In this document: piece by piece, positions 27,989 through 43,040 of the stretch
How the letters are laid out: each line of letters begins with the position of its first letter
How positions within the stretch are numbered: the first letter of the stretch is position 1
Source: the human T2T-CHM13v2.0 reference genome, Homo sapiens
DNA: 64,000 bases
Assembly (NCBI RefSeq): GCF_009914755.1
Contig: NC_060930.1
Direction: 5' to 3' (one strand)
Made by a program: the position numbers and the translations under genes
Notes under the pieces: model-generated
What the model was told of the DNA's origin: nothing
Databases searched by the model: none
What the model saw: the letters and a program-made list of their open reading frames with translations, nothing else

Positions 27989-28806
27989 CCTTTGAATTAA
28001 CATTAGGATGTCCCACATTTTAGCGCTTAAATGGGAATTTATTAAATACAGTCTTGGATAAGTAATAAAATTATCTGCTATCTGAATCATAATTCAGTAG
28101 TAATCCCCATCCCTTCCTCCCTAATTTAGAACTGGAGATTAGTTGTATAGACACAATGACACTTCAGCTATCAGTGCAAGGACAACAAGTCAGCTGCAGC
28201 ATGACTTAATGCCTTTGTAATCTGTCCAGGGTGTTTCTGGCTTTAGTTGTCTAGCATTTCCCTAATTAACTGAAAACATCTTAGGAGGCTATTAGATGTT
28301 GACAATAGGAGAATATATTTTTTTCATTCATTAACAGCTTCATTAATGTTAAAACCATATTCTTAAGCATCAAAAGTTAATGTACTATTCTTAAACACTA
28401 AATTCAAATATGAGGATTTGCATATGAAGTATATAAGTGTGGCTATTTGGCAATTAAGCAATAAAATAGTATTAATTAGAACCTAATTGTCTCTGTGGAA
28501 ACAAAGGAAAGATTCACCATAATTTTAGAAGTAACTACATAAAAAACACTATGTTTGAATTTTAACTTCTATTTTATATGGCAATTGGAAATATATGTTG
28601 AATGGCATTCCTAATGCAGAAAACATCTTAGGTTTGCTTCTACAATACTAAACTGAAAGTATTCGATCAGAATTCATTTTTAAATAAAATTATACAGCTG
28701 TTTCTTGTTTGTGCTAGTACCCATCACTAAGTTTACAATACATTTCAACTCCTGTCCATTCTCTGGAGAGGTTTTTAAAAAGAAATACAAAAGGGTAATG
28801 AAGATT

Positions 28807-28812
28807 GATTAC
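28807..28812 (-). other. EYS: Splice donor of EYS intron 31 (AAG|GTAATC)
   Basis: Plus strand gattac at 28807-28812 directly abuts the exon end. Confidence 0.9.
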
Positions 28813-29045
28813 CTTTTTCACAGAAGCGGCCAGTGAAATGTAGTGGACAGTCACATTGGAATGACACTATGCCACTGGAGAGGAAGATGGCATGGCATGT
28901 GCCTCCATTGTGGCATACATCCTGCTGGCACACAGAGGGTGCTGCAACAGAGGGGCTGACAGAAGTCCACATGGTATCAACCCCTTGTGTCACATCAGAA
29001 GCATCAACAAAGGAGGCTGTTGGAGACAGCATAAATCCCTGGGAT
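28813..29045 (-). CDS. EYS: EYS internal coding exon (exon 31, 233 bp): Ser/Thr-rich linker + EGF-like domain
   Basis: Minus strand reads ...ttataaatcacag|A TCC CAG GGA TTT ATG...TTC TGT GAA AAA G|gtaatc, with canonical AG/GT ends. Length 233 nt, phase 2 in and phase 1 out. Translation SQGFMLSPTASFVDASDVTQGVDTMWTSVSPSVAAPSVCQQDVCHNGGTCHAIFLSSGIVSFQCDCPLHFTGRFCEK has six EGF-spaced cysteines and is recognised as human EYS. Counting from c.6192 at 29045 puts c.6415-6417 on the TGT at 28822-28820, i.e. Cys2139. Confidence 0.96.
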
Positions 29046-29095
29046 CTGTGATTTATAAACAGACAAGAAAACAAAATATAAGTAAAAGCACTAGG
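29046..29095 (-). other. EYS: Splice acceptor/polypyrimidine region of EYS intron 30
   Basis: Minus strand cttttacttatattttgttttcttgtctgtttataaatcacag. The pyrimidine tract is separated from the AG by ATAAATCAC. Confidence 0.85.
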
Positions 29096-30551
29096 AACAT
29101 AAATAGAAATAATAGAAAATTTGATTTAATATAAGAGAAAATGAAACCAATACTGATCAAGGTTTAACTGAGGACAAATAAAATTATCATGTTTGTTTCA
29201 CAATTATGAGATTTGTAAATGTTAAAAATTTCTGAGCCACATAACATGACCCTGTAGTAGTAAGAAACGTGGAAGAAATAACCTTCATAAACTTGTCAGT
29301 TGTTTTATGGAAAAAACATAGTCCTCCTTTAGCTGTTACAAATCTTATGAGCCTAAGATCAAGAATTAGGTCATGTTACATCTTCATGCTAAGATTGTTT
29401 GAACTTGAAGGATTTCTGAGTTAACTGCTAGAAATGTGCATTCATTAGTCTGACTTAGCATTAATTTCTGGGAGCTATCCAAGAGGTACCTTAGAAATAC
29501 CCATAAATATTCCCTAATTTTTTTTTTACAAATTTTAATACCAGTTTAATTTTTTCTTTACAATAAATAATGAACAACAACAAAAGTCTCTCTGAATTAT
29601 GTGAAATTTCCTACTTTTACATTCAAAACCCCTTGACAATCTGATTCATCCCTGCTCTTCCAGCCTACTTTATCATGATTCCTAATAAGTACCTTAAATT
29701 CTCTCAAACCAAATAAGATTGCTATTCCTTAAAGATGCTGAAATTTCCTAATATTGGAAGTTTGTTTAATATACTTTTTATGCCTTGTTATTCCTCAATT
29801 CCTGTCTAAATTTCACCTACAGTGCTAAGCCCACGCCTGCATTATTTTTTGTCCCTGGCCCAACAAGATGAAACTGTAGTATAGTTATTTTGTGTGTAGC
29901 CTCTACTATTTAGATGTATATATTCATTGTTTTTTCTTTCTCCCTCCACACAAAAGTTTCTCATTTTATCAGAAATCTTTATTCATAATACTTAAGAAAA
30001 TTTGTTGAATTAATGTGTTCAGCATACTCATGAGTTTCATATACTGTCTGGGAAGGTTTTTAGAATTTCACTTAATATAATAATGAGATAATTATCTTTT
30101 TAATGTAAAAAACCTTGTGCAATAAAAATCAACAATTAAACATAATAAATTTTTATTTTATACCTTGTCATAAAGATAAAACCTTAGCAAAAGAAGTCAC
30201 TTCAAACATTCCCCAACTGATCTTAGAGACTTAAAAAGCTATTTTTATATCTACTACGCACGTTAATGTCAACTTATTGGAACAAAAGATTTAAAGAAGA
30301 TGAAATAGATAATTTATATTTTACTGATACATTAATGTGCAGGTCAGTTCTTTCGCAACCTGAAATTCTTCTTTATGGTGTTCATCACAGATTGTACCAA
30401 TATATTTATTTTCATGATTGAGCCTGACCTGCTTTTCTTTCCTCTGGATTGCAATCTACATGAAGGATGGTGGGATGACTTCTGTGCTTTTCTTCATTTT
30501 ATTCCTAATGATGCTTGATCTCTAGTAGGCTCTCCAGTAAATATTGTATAA

Positions 30552-30925
<374 letters not shown>

Positions 30926-33100
30926 TAAAGAAGAACAATAGCAGTGAAATAATTTTGTCACCCCAGGTTAATTTTATAGCTCCATTATGTAACTCTTTAG
31001 TTTTATAAATAATATAAGTTCTAACACTTTTGATATAATTTTGTAATCAACTTTCTCTGATATTGCTCTATCAGAAAATTAGCATACATCTTCCTATTAG
31101 TCCTTGCGATATAAGTTTGTCTCTTTAAGGCAACTTTCATCAAGTTAAATGGCAATGCTAATATGAATGACATGGGATTTATTACTCAGTATTCTGAATT
31201 CTAATTTAATTTTTAGTTTTAATGTTTCTGAATAATTTCACCATTTCTAACATTTGCCATGGACTTCATGAACTGCAGTCTGTCACCACTTTCTCAGGAA
31301 TAAATTAGAATTAAATGCCACTACTTCTTTCTCCTGCTGTAGCTGCTCAGGGAGCCTATGTCTCACCTGAAAAAAATCAATATTTTGCACATTTCAGTTA
31401 AGTGATTGCACAAAAATAATTGCTATCAATTGATCCGAAAACATCAGGATCACAAATCAATTTTTGAAAGAAACATTAATCATTTGATCTTTGTTATAAA
31501 GATCAAATTTCATATCTGATATATGATAATTAATAGTCTTTGGCTTTCAGTTTTATTTTTGGAAGTTATAGATGATGTCACAAATTTACTTGTTTTAAAA
31601 TTTAGAATGAAATAAAATGTATTCAATTTGTTATATATTTAAAAAGGAAAATTAGTTCACACTGCTAAAATTTTACCTTATTTTTACATACAGTTTAAAA
31701 ATATCAAGTGACTGTGGAGGTTTATTAAACATAACTAGATGTTGGACTTAGTAATATAATTAGCAATGTAAAAAAGGAACAGTAAAATTACCATTTTTAA
31801 AATTCTAGAAATCATAAATGTATGAGAGTTTAGAAAATAGTAAGTGTGAAAATCTGTCTGATCGTTTCTTAGGTAACTTTGTATAAGGATACAGTGACAA
31901 ACCAGCCATTATTATAACAAGAAATTAGTCTTCAATAACTTTTTCTTAATGAATTAGTGTCTGAATAACATATGCTCAATGGATTCAAAACCAAACTTGA
32001 TCACTGGAGAAAGACACCTTGATAGGACAGCAATTTCCAGTCGTGTTGGGGAACTCTAGTTGGAACAGGAAAGGAACACACACTACTTATTTCAATCCCA
32101 CAGCAAGCAGCCTGTGAAAACCATGGGGCTAAACACTTCACATTGCTTCAGCCTGAAGGATTTTGCTCATTGCCAGCTGACTTTACCACTGCTCAACAGA
32201 CATTTGTCTGGCACAAATGTTTAGAAGGAAGAGTGGGCTCACACAGATATGTGCCTACGAACCTGGCTTCTCAAGTACAGAAGTAGGATCATTTTTAGAA
32301 TGATGATGAAATATTAAAAAGAAACAAACGCTGCCAGAAGACCCTTGAGTTTAGAGCTTTAATAGTGTAAGGGGAAGAAAGGATTCAAAAATCACTGTGT
32401 TTGATTGTAAAGAGTAGTAAAATAAATGAATTATAATCTGGATAACAAAATGCATATATCTCATGTAAAGAAAACTCACTTTTTTTTTTACAAAAATGAG
32501 AATATACTCTAAACACATACTTCATTCCACTTTGTCTTTCCATTTATTAGATATGCTATTCTACTCTTTGTTTTTTCACCTAAATGTAGTTTTTGGTGGG
32601 CTGCTCCATTCATAAGAATAGTTCTTCACTTTCCTTTTAAAATCTGCAGAGTGTTTTTATTGTTTGGATATATCATCATGGATTCTATCAGTTTGTAACT
32701 GATATATTTAAGTTGTTTTAAGTTTTTTTCTTGTTATCTGAATCATAACTTTATTTTCAATAGTTACATTGAGATATAATTTGCATACATAGTGTACCCA
32801 TTTAAACAGCATTATTTAATATTTTTAATAGATACAGAATTGTACAGCCATCACCACAATCTAGCTTTATATTTTGTCATTCTCAAAAGAAATGTCATTT
32901 CCCTTAACAGCCACTCTCCACCATATATCCTCAGTCTAGTCTTAGTAAACGTTTAATCTACATTCTGTCTGTAGATTTGCCTATTTTAGACCTTTCATAT
33001 AAATAAAATCAGATAACATATATAGTTTTGGACTGGCTTTTTCATTTAGTGTAATGTTTTCAAGGTTCACCCATGTTGTTGCACGTATCAGAACTTTATT

Positions 33101-34493
<1,393 letters not shown>

Positions 34494-34939
34494 CCTGTAT
34501 TCATTTTTAGTACTGATATGGATCTATCATATTTTATTTATCTATTCATTAGTTGAAAGATGTGGGACTTTTCTACTTTTTGGCTATTGTAAATAATACT
34601 ATGAACATTCATGTTCAGATTTTTGTCTGGATGTATGTTTCCATTTCTCTTGGATATGTAATTAGGAGTGGAATTGCTGGATTATATATTCTACGTTGAA
34701 CATTTTGAGCAACTGCCAAACTATTTTCCAAAGAGGCTTCACCGTTTTACATTTCTGCCAGCAAAATATAAGAGTTCAAGTTCTCCATATCCTTGTTGGA
34801 TCAAACATTCGTTTTTCTTTTTTTGACTTTTAAAACACTATTTAATGACCATCTTATCAATTCCATTGAATTTAATCTTTTTGAACTGAAACCTGTATGC
34901 TTTTCGTTACAAATAATTTCATATGTATTCTTTTTCTTC

Positions 34940-35143
34940 CTTTTTTTTCAATTTGCTTTCTATTTCTTTCAGGTTTTTTTAATTTTTTAATTTTTTATCT
35001 TTTATTTTTATATATGTATATATTTATTATACTTTAAGTTCTAGGGTACATGTTCACAATGTGCCGGGATAGATACCTAATGTAAATGACGAGTTAATGG
35101 GTGCAGCACACCAACATGGCACATTTATATGTATGTAACAAAC
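34940..35143 (-). mobile_element. Very short L1PA 3' end with inversion
   Basis: ttattatactttaagttctagggtacatgttcacaatgtgc (antisense), then gatacctaatgtaaatgacgagttaatgggtgc...gtaacaaac (sense). Candidate TSD attcttttt(t)ctt at 34927-34938 and 35144-35156. Confidence 0.85.
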
Positions 35144-36606
35144 ATTCTTTTTTCTTTGTATCTTTGACAAAAATCTCCCCATTTCTTCTATCCCCCAGAT
35201 CCTGGCATCATAAACTCTTATAAGTAGTATGTACATTTAATTTTTTATGAATTTTGACAAATTCCCCTCAGGAGTGGTTGCCACAATTTACATAGTAACA
35301 ACTTTTACTCTACTTATACCAATAATTTCTTTATCAAATTTTTTGCTGTTTAACAGCCACTTACATAAAAACTAGAAACTTGCTGTTGTTTCAAATTATA
35401 TTTCTTTATTAATAAGTGTCATATGCAGAATAATTCCCACCTCCACTTAAATTAAAAGTAGTTTTCTGAACTTGCCTAACTAATATCTGTTTCATTCACC
35501 TGGAGTCACACAGGGCAGACCAACTGAGTAAAACCCCTTTTGCAGGTAATGTATAGTAAAGGCTGTGATGGCTTACCACTCTTTCTAAGCCCCCTATTTC
35601 TCTAATTATGCATTATCAAATGTTATAGCTATAAACACATACACATGTATTTAATATACCTATGTCTATATCTACATCTACACCTACATTAATAACTTGT
35701 ATCATCTCTTGTACTATTTCAGTGGAGTTTTTTAGTTGCCAGGTGTTCAGTTTTCACACAGGGTAACTTAAAACAACTAGTGATGTCTTAGTGGTGTGGC
35801 TAACAGGAATAAATCCAGAAAATAATTCAATTGCTGTTTTAACTTTCAAAATCATAAGAACATCATAACATCTAATAAAGCTTTAAACAAATGGAAAAAT
35901 GACTTCAAAAGTTTGAATTGCCAGCATTCTCAGCTAGTTCCAAAATTTTATGTTGTTTTTAGTTTGATTAATAACTTTGAAAATAATTAATCATTGCAAA
36001 TTTTATGAGAGCAAAGCAATACAGAAAAATGTTTTTGCTATTTAAAAAACATATATAATTGTCATTATATTAAAGGAGGAAATATGCAAAATTACTGTTA
36101 GTACATGAAAAATTCTCATTTGCCATTCAAAATAAATGTTAGATAGTAAAACAAATCATACAAGGAAAAATTAATCTGAAGAAACAACCCCAAGTGTTAC
36201 TCCTCTTTTTTGAATATAACATTTATGTAATAGGATAAGAATCATACCTTAATAAGTTTAGTAAGATTATCATTTTAAAATGCAAATAAATTAATTCACT
36301 CCACATAATAGTGTAATTTTAATGGATCTTGTTTTCATATTTTCCTAATTTTTCTCACGGGACAAATGCATTTCTTTCTCACCATCTTCTATTCTTTAGC
36401 TATTACACAGTCACAAATAGGATTCCTTAGATTACAAGCTTTGTCATATGATTCATGTTCCCTGCATCCTTGGGTGTTAGGCAGGACTGGCACCTCAGGG
36501 CATTGCAGACCGCTGTTTCACAGTATGAAGGGTGGATATTTTTGAAACATTCTCTCCCCCTTGATAGATTCTGATTTTACTTTCTCATGCCAGAGTACAG
36601 AGGGTT

Positions 36607-36859
36607 ATTATTATTGTTTTTATTTCAATGGCTTTAGGCATACAAGTGGTTTTTGGTTATATGGATGAATTATATAGCGGTGAAGTCTGGGATTTTAATG
36701 TACCCCTCACCCTGTATTGTACATTTTACTCTAATAGGTAGTTTTTCATCCCTCATCTCCCTCCCACTCTCCCCACTTCTGAGTCTCCAATGTCCATTAT
36801 ACCACTCTGTATGCCTTGCATACCCATAGCTAAGCTCCCACTTACAAGTGAGAACATGC
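36607..36859 (-). mobile_element. L1PB-type 3' UTR fragment
   Basis: tacaagtggtttttggttatatggatgaatt...gagtctccaatgtccattataccactctgtatgcc...gctcccacttacaagtgagaacatg. Confidence 0.85.
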
Positions 36860-36969
36860 AAAAATCATGATTTTTAATGGCTGTTTATGTTCCATCCTAA
36901 AACTACACCATCAATTATTTAGTAGTTTCTCTCTTGTAAAATGGTTAAATTATTTCCAATTCTTGTATT

Positions 36970-39900
36970 CCTTTTATGTTTTTAAATTATACTTTCAAGT
37001 TCTAGGGTATATGTGCAGAATGTGCAGGTTTGTTACATAGGTATATACGTGCCATGGTGGCTTGCTGCAAGCATCAACCCATCATCTACATTAGGCATTT
37101 CTCCTAATGCTATCCCTCCACTAGCTCCCCATCCCCTGACAAGCCCTGGTTTGTGATGTTCCCCTCCCTGTGTCCATGTGTTCTCATTGTTCAACTCCCA
37201 CTTATGAGTGAGAATATGTGGTGTTTGGTTTTCTGTTTTTGTGTTAGTTTGCCGAGAATGATGGTTTCCAGTGTCATCCATGTCCCTGCAAAGGACGTGA
37301 ACTCATCCTTTTTTATGGCTGCATTGTATTCCATTTTTGTACATGTGCCACATTTTCTTTATCCAGTCCATCATTGATGGGCATTTGGGTTGGTTCCAAG
37401 TCTTTGCTATTGTAAACAGTGCTGCAATAAACATACATGTGCATGTGTCTTTATAGTAGAATGATTTATAATACTTTGGGTATATACCCAGTAATGGGAT
37501 TGCTGGGTCAAATGGTATTTCTAGTTTTAGATCATTGAGGAATCACCACACTGTCTTCCACAATGGTTGAACTAATTTACACTCCTACCAACAGTGTAAA
37601 AGCATTCCTATTTCTCCACATCCTCTCCAGCATCTGTTGTTTCCTGACTTTTTAAAGATTGCCATTCTAACTGGAGTGAGATGGTATCTCATTGTGGTTT
37701 GATTTGCATTTCTCTAATGACAAGTGATCATGAGCTTTTTTTCATATGTTTGTTGGCTGCATAAATGTCTTCTTTTGAGAAGTGTCTGTTCATATCCTTT
37801 GCCCACTTTTTGATGGGGTTGTTTTTTTTTTTTCTTCTAAATTTGTTTAAGTTCTTTGTAGATTCTGGATATTAGCCCTTTGTCAGATGGATAGATTGTA
37901 AACATTTTCTCCCATTCTGTTGGTTGCCTGTTCACTCTGATGAGAGTTTCTTTTGCTGTGCTGAAGCTCTTTAGTTTAATCAAATCCTGTTTGTCTATTT
38001 TAGCTTTTGTTGCTGTTGCTTTTGGTGTTTTAGTCATGAAGCCTTTGCCCATGGCTATGTCCTGAATGGTATTGTCTAGGTTTTCTTCTAGGGTTTTTAT
38101 GATTTTAGGTCTTACATTTACGTCTTTAATCCATCTTAACTTAATTTTGTATAAGGCGTAAGGAAGGGATCCAGTTTAAGCTTTTTGCATATGGCTAGCC
38201 AGTTTTCCCAACACCGTTTATTAAATAGGAAATCCTTTCCCCATTGCTTGTTTTTCTCAGGTTTTTCAAAGGTCAGATGGTTGTAGATGTGTGGTGTTAT
38301 TTCTGAGGCCTCTGTTCTGTTCCATTGGTCTATATCTCTGTTTTGGTACCAGTACCATGCTGTTTTTGTTACTGTAGCCTTGTAGTATAGTTTGAAGTCA
38401 GGTAGTGTGATGCCTCCAGGCTTGTTCTTTTTGCTTCGGATTGTCTTGGCTATGCGTGCTCTTTTTTGGTTCCATATGAAATTTAAAGCAGTTTTTTTCC
38501 AATTCTCTGAAGGAAGTCAATGATAGCTTGATAGGGATAGCATGAATTTATAAATTACTTTGGGCAATAGGCCATTTTCATGATATTGCTACTTCCTATC
38601 CATGAACATGGAATGTTTTTCCATTTGCTTGTGTCCTCTATTATTTCCTTGAGCAGTGGTTTGTAGTTCTCCTTGAAGAGGTCCTTCACATCCCTTGTAA
38701 GTTGGATTCCTAGGTATTTTATTCTCTTTGTAGCAATTGTGAATGGGAGTTCACTCATGATTTGGCTCTCTATTTGTCTGTTATTGGTGTATAGGAATGC
38801 TTGTGATTTTTGCACATTGATTTTGTATTGAGACTTTGCTGAAGTTGCTTATCAGCTTAAGGAAATTTGGGGCTGAGACGATGGGGTTTTCTAAATATAC
38901 AATCACGTCATCTGCAAACAGAGACAATTTGGCTTCCTCTTTTCCTGATTGAATACCCCTTGTTTCTTTCTCTTGCCTGATTGCCCTGGCCAGAACTTCC
39001 AATACTACGTTGAATAGGGGTGGTGAGAGAGGGCAGCCTTGTCTTGTGCCTGCTTTCAGAAGGAATGGTTCCATGTTTTGCCCATTCAGTATGATATTGG
39101 TTATAGGTTTGTCATAAATAGCTCTTATTATTTTGAGATACATTCCATCACTGCCTAGTTTATTGAGAGTTTTTAGCCTGAAGGCCTGCTGAATTTTGTC
39201 GAAGGCCTTTTCTGCATCTATTGAGATAATTATGGTTTTTGTCATTGTTTCTGTTTGTGTGATGGAGTAGGTTTATTGATTTGTGTATTTGAACCACCCT
39301 TGCATCCCAGGGATGAAGCCGACTTGGTTGGATAAGCTTTTTGATGTGCTGCTGGATTAGGTTTGCCAGTATTTTATTTAGGATTTTCACATCGATGTTT
39401 ATCAGGGATATTGGCCTGAAATTTTCTTTTTTTGTGTGTTTCTTTGCCAGGTTTTGGTATCAGGATAATGCTGGCCTCATAAACGAGTTGGGGAGAATTC
39501 CCTCTTTTTCTATTGTTTCAAATAGTTTCAGAAGGAATGGTACCAGCACCTCTTTATACCTCTGGTAGAATTCAGCCATGAACCCATCTGGTTTTGGACT
39601 TTTTTTGGTTGGTAGCTATTAATTTCTGTCTCAATTTCCAATATTCGACTATTCAGGGATTTGACTTCTTCCTAGTTTAGTCTTGGGAGGGTGTATGTGT
39701 CCAGGAATTTATCAGTTTCTTCTAGATTTTCTAGTTTGCGTAGTATTCTCTGATGGTAGTTTGTATTTCTGTGGGGTCAGTGTTGTTGTCTCCTTTATCA
39801 TTTTTTATTGTATCTATCTATTTTGTTGATCTTTTCAAAAAAAACAGCTCCTGGATTCATTGATTTTTTGAAGGTTTTTGTGTGTGTGTGTGTGTGTGTG

Positions 39901-40510
39901 TGTCTCTTTCTCCTTCAGTTCTGCTCTGATCTTGGTTATTTCTTGTCTTCTGCTAGCTTTTGAATTTGTTTGCTCTTGCTTCTCTAGTTCTTTTAATTGT
40001 GATATTAGGGTGTCAATTTTAGATCTTTCCTGCTTTCTCTTGTAGGCATTTAGTGCTATAAATTTTCCTCTGCACACTGCTTTAAATGTGTTCCAGAGAT
40101 TCTAGTACATTTTGTCTTAGGACATCTTTATTTCTGCCTTCATTTCGTTATTTATTCAGGAGCAGTTTGTCGGTTTCTATGTAGTTGTGTGGTTTTGAGT
40201 GAGTTTCTTAATCTTGAGTTCTAATTTGATTGCACTGTGGTCTGAGAGACTGTTTGTTATGAATTCTGTTCTTTTGCGTTTGCTGAGGAGTGTTTTACTT
40301 CCAATTACGTGGTCAATTTGAGAATAAGTGCGATGTGGTGCTGAGAAGAATGTATGTTCTGTTGACTTGGAGTGGAGAGTTCTGTAGATGTCTATTAGGT
40401 CTGCTTGGTCCACAGCTGAGTTCAAGTCCTGGATATCCTTGTTAATTTTCTGTCTTGTTGATCTGTCTAATATTGACAGTGGGGTGTTAAAATCTCACAC
40501 TATTATTGTG
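36970..40510 (-). mobile_element. About 3.5-kb 5'-truncated L1PA7/8-like element; ORF2 disrupted
   Basis: Fragmented ORF2p in several frames (endonuclease DLIDIYRTLH...SDHSAIKLE; [35 protein letters not shown]), 3' UTR at 36985-37200, many frameshifts and small deletions. Ends within the endonuclease domain. Confidence 0.95.
39879..39903. repeat. (TG)12 microsatellite inside L1
   Basis: Perfect TG run. Confidence 0.95.
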
Positions 40511-41039
40511 ATCATAGAGAAGAGGCAAACTCTCTGCCTTTTGATACCAGAACCCAAAGCTGGATGGGAATTAGATTGATACTTTCTGCATTTAAACCAA
40601 ATCAGAAAGTATCAGAAATGGGATTTTTCTTTCTTCCCTCCACACCTCAAATTCTAAGTTTTTTTTGTTGTTGTTGTTGTAAAATACCCTCTACATGTTT
40701 CAACAGTTTTATGTTCATATTTCCTTTTTGACATCCGTGACTTTAGCTCCTGTCATCCTCTAATCCATCCTTCTCACTGTGTTCATTTTTCTTGTTGTAT
40801 TACTCTCAGCCCCAATTTTTTCCAATTCAAAGTATTCATTTTCTATTATTTGTATCATCCCACTTTTTGGTTTCATCGGCCTGGAATGTCTTCCTCTATA
40901 TCCCATGTGTGTTCTAGCTACATCTAAGGATAATATTTTCAATATTCTATGCCTTATGATTTTCATATGCTGAGGTTCCTCTGAGATTAACTTTAACCTT
41001 AAAATCTCACATTTTTCATCCTTCAAAATGCAGTTCAAG

Positions 41040-41340
41040 TTTTTAATATATATAATATAAATATATAAAAATTATAACATGAATTATATAAATATATAAT
41101 CATATTAATAAATATAATATATTCAAATATAGTATTCATATATCATACTCATTGATATATATTTTATATATTATATATACAATATATAAATTAAATACAT
41201 AAATATTGATATAAACTAATTATAATTTATATATATTTATTAAGTATAATAAATATAAAATATAATTATATAAATATATGTAAATATATGAAATTATATA
41301 TTTACATATATGTAATATTTTTATTTGTATATATAAAATC
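41040..41340. repeat. TA-rich low-complexity tract
   Basis: About 300 bp almost entirely A/T; includes a perfect 15-bp inverted repeat at 41275-41310. Confidence 0.9.
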
Positions 41341-41517
41341 TCCAACTAAATAAAAGCACATAAAGTGAGTATTTTTATTCATATCCTCCTCCAAACCCAA
41401 TACACTTTCATTGCCAAGGGGCAATCACTCTCTGTGTTACATTTCATACAAATACATATCATACCCAGATTATAACTATAACTTAGTTTTCTTTCTTTAT
41501 TAGCTTTTAAGTGGAAT

Positions 41518-41915
41518 TGTGTTAGTCAAGAGTAATGTCAGCTCCCAAATCTCAGTGGCTTAACACCACCAAAACTCATTTTTTGTCCACATAAAGTTCT
41601 ATCAGCATAGACAGGAGGATTTCTGCTCTGTATAGTCATTCAGCCACTTTCGTGGACTCAGGTGACATAGAATATATCAACTTCAGCACATAGCTCCTGA
41701 GGTCCCCGTGGGTGTCACACTCAAATATTCAAATACCAGACAGGGTAAAGAAGGTAGGGGAAAAAGGAAGCATCGAAAATCTTCATACATCTCATTCCAT
41801 TGGTTAGAACTTGGACACATGGCCAAACTCACTGCAAGGGAGCACAGGACAGTAGTGTCCTTGTGCCTAGAAAAGTAGAAAAAAGAGTTGGTGGATCCAG
41901 CCAGCTTCTGTGATA
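41518..41915 (-). mobile_element. Old MLT1-type LTR
   Basis: cccaaatctcagtggcttaacac...cattccattggttagaactt...cacatggcca...actgcaaggga. Confidence 0.6.
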
Positions 41916-43040
41916 CAAATCATGTTATAAAAATTGCTATTAAACAAAACTAAAATACAACAACATATTTTTTCACATTCAATTGCAAAACATCTTGGGG
42001 ATCTTTTATTTTCATTATACATGATGTAACTCAGGAATTTTAATGAGAGAAGTTTTTACTGAAGATGAATCACAATGTATTGTATCATTTCCCTATTGAT
42101 AAACATCATGGTTGTTTCAAGTTTTTCAAGTTATAAATACTGCAGTGAATATCATCATACAAATATCTTGTGACCATTGTGAGTTCATCTGAAGAATAAA
42201 TATCTAGAGATGTAACTTATTGGGTCAAAAAAATGTCCCCAGTTTTCATTTTAATATATACTCCATAAAAACTATTAGAAAATTCAGTTCCCCAAATATT
42301 TTTGAGTACTGATTTCCCCAATCCCTCACTAAAATTAATTGTAATCTTCATTTAATTGGTTATATATCTGGTATAGAATTTTTTACTTACATTTTATCTA
42401 TTTTGAATTGCTAGAATATATGCTTCCTCACTTCTTCAATTGTTTTCATCTGTCAACTTATAGGAGATAATCCTATATAATGGATGTTGGTCCATTTTAC
42501 ATCTTTTCAAATAAGATTTGTTGGTCTTTTTGAGCATTTTGTAATGTTTTCATTGTTTTCCCTCTTCCATTGATTCTGTTGAAAATTCACTTGTTAAGTC
42601 CAGTTATCAGTTCTGTAGGAAACTTGTATTTCCTCTCTGGATGCTTTTAAGAAGTTCCCTTTGTCTTTGTTGAACAGAACGTTTTCAGTGTGATGTGTTG
42701 AGATAAAGAATCGTTTTTATTCATCTAGGTTAGGTTGTTTTACAGGGGGCTTTTCTATTTAGAGAATTTATGGTTTTTATCTATTCTGCAAATATAGCCC
42801 TCTCACATTCACTTTATAGTCTCCTGTTAAAATATGTATTATATGAAATTGAATTTTCTCATTTTATTCTCCATATCCTCAGCTCCTTTTGCAACACCTT
42901 TTTCAATTCATAGCATGTTTTAAGATATACTATCTTGCTCATTAATTCTCTTCACAGCTTTGTCTAACTTCTGTTTAGTATGTCGATTTCAAAAATTTAT
43001 ATATACTTTTACTTTTTGAAGTTCTATTTGCTAATATTTT

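Noticed and set aside
28775-29134. 99-aa ORF as a stand-alone small gene, plus two antisense ORFs
   Set aside because: The 99-aa ORF is the EYS exon plus intronic read-through. The plus-strand ORFs are its antisense shadow.
31482-31508. 11-bp perfect hairpin atttgatcttt-gttat-aaagatcaaat
   Set aside because: AT-rich and near chance expectation; no other support.
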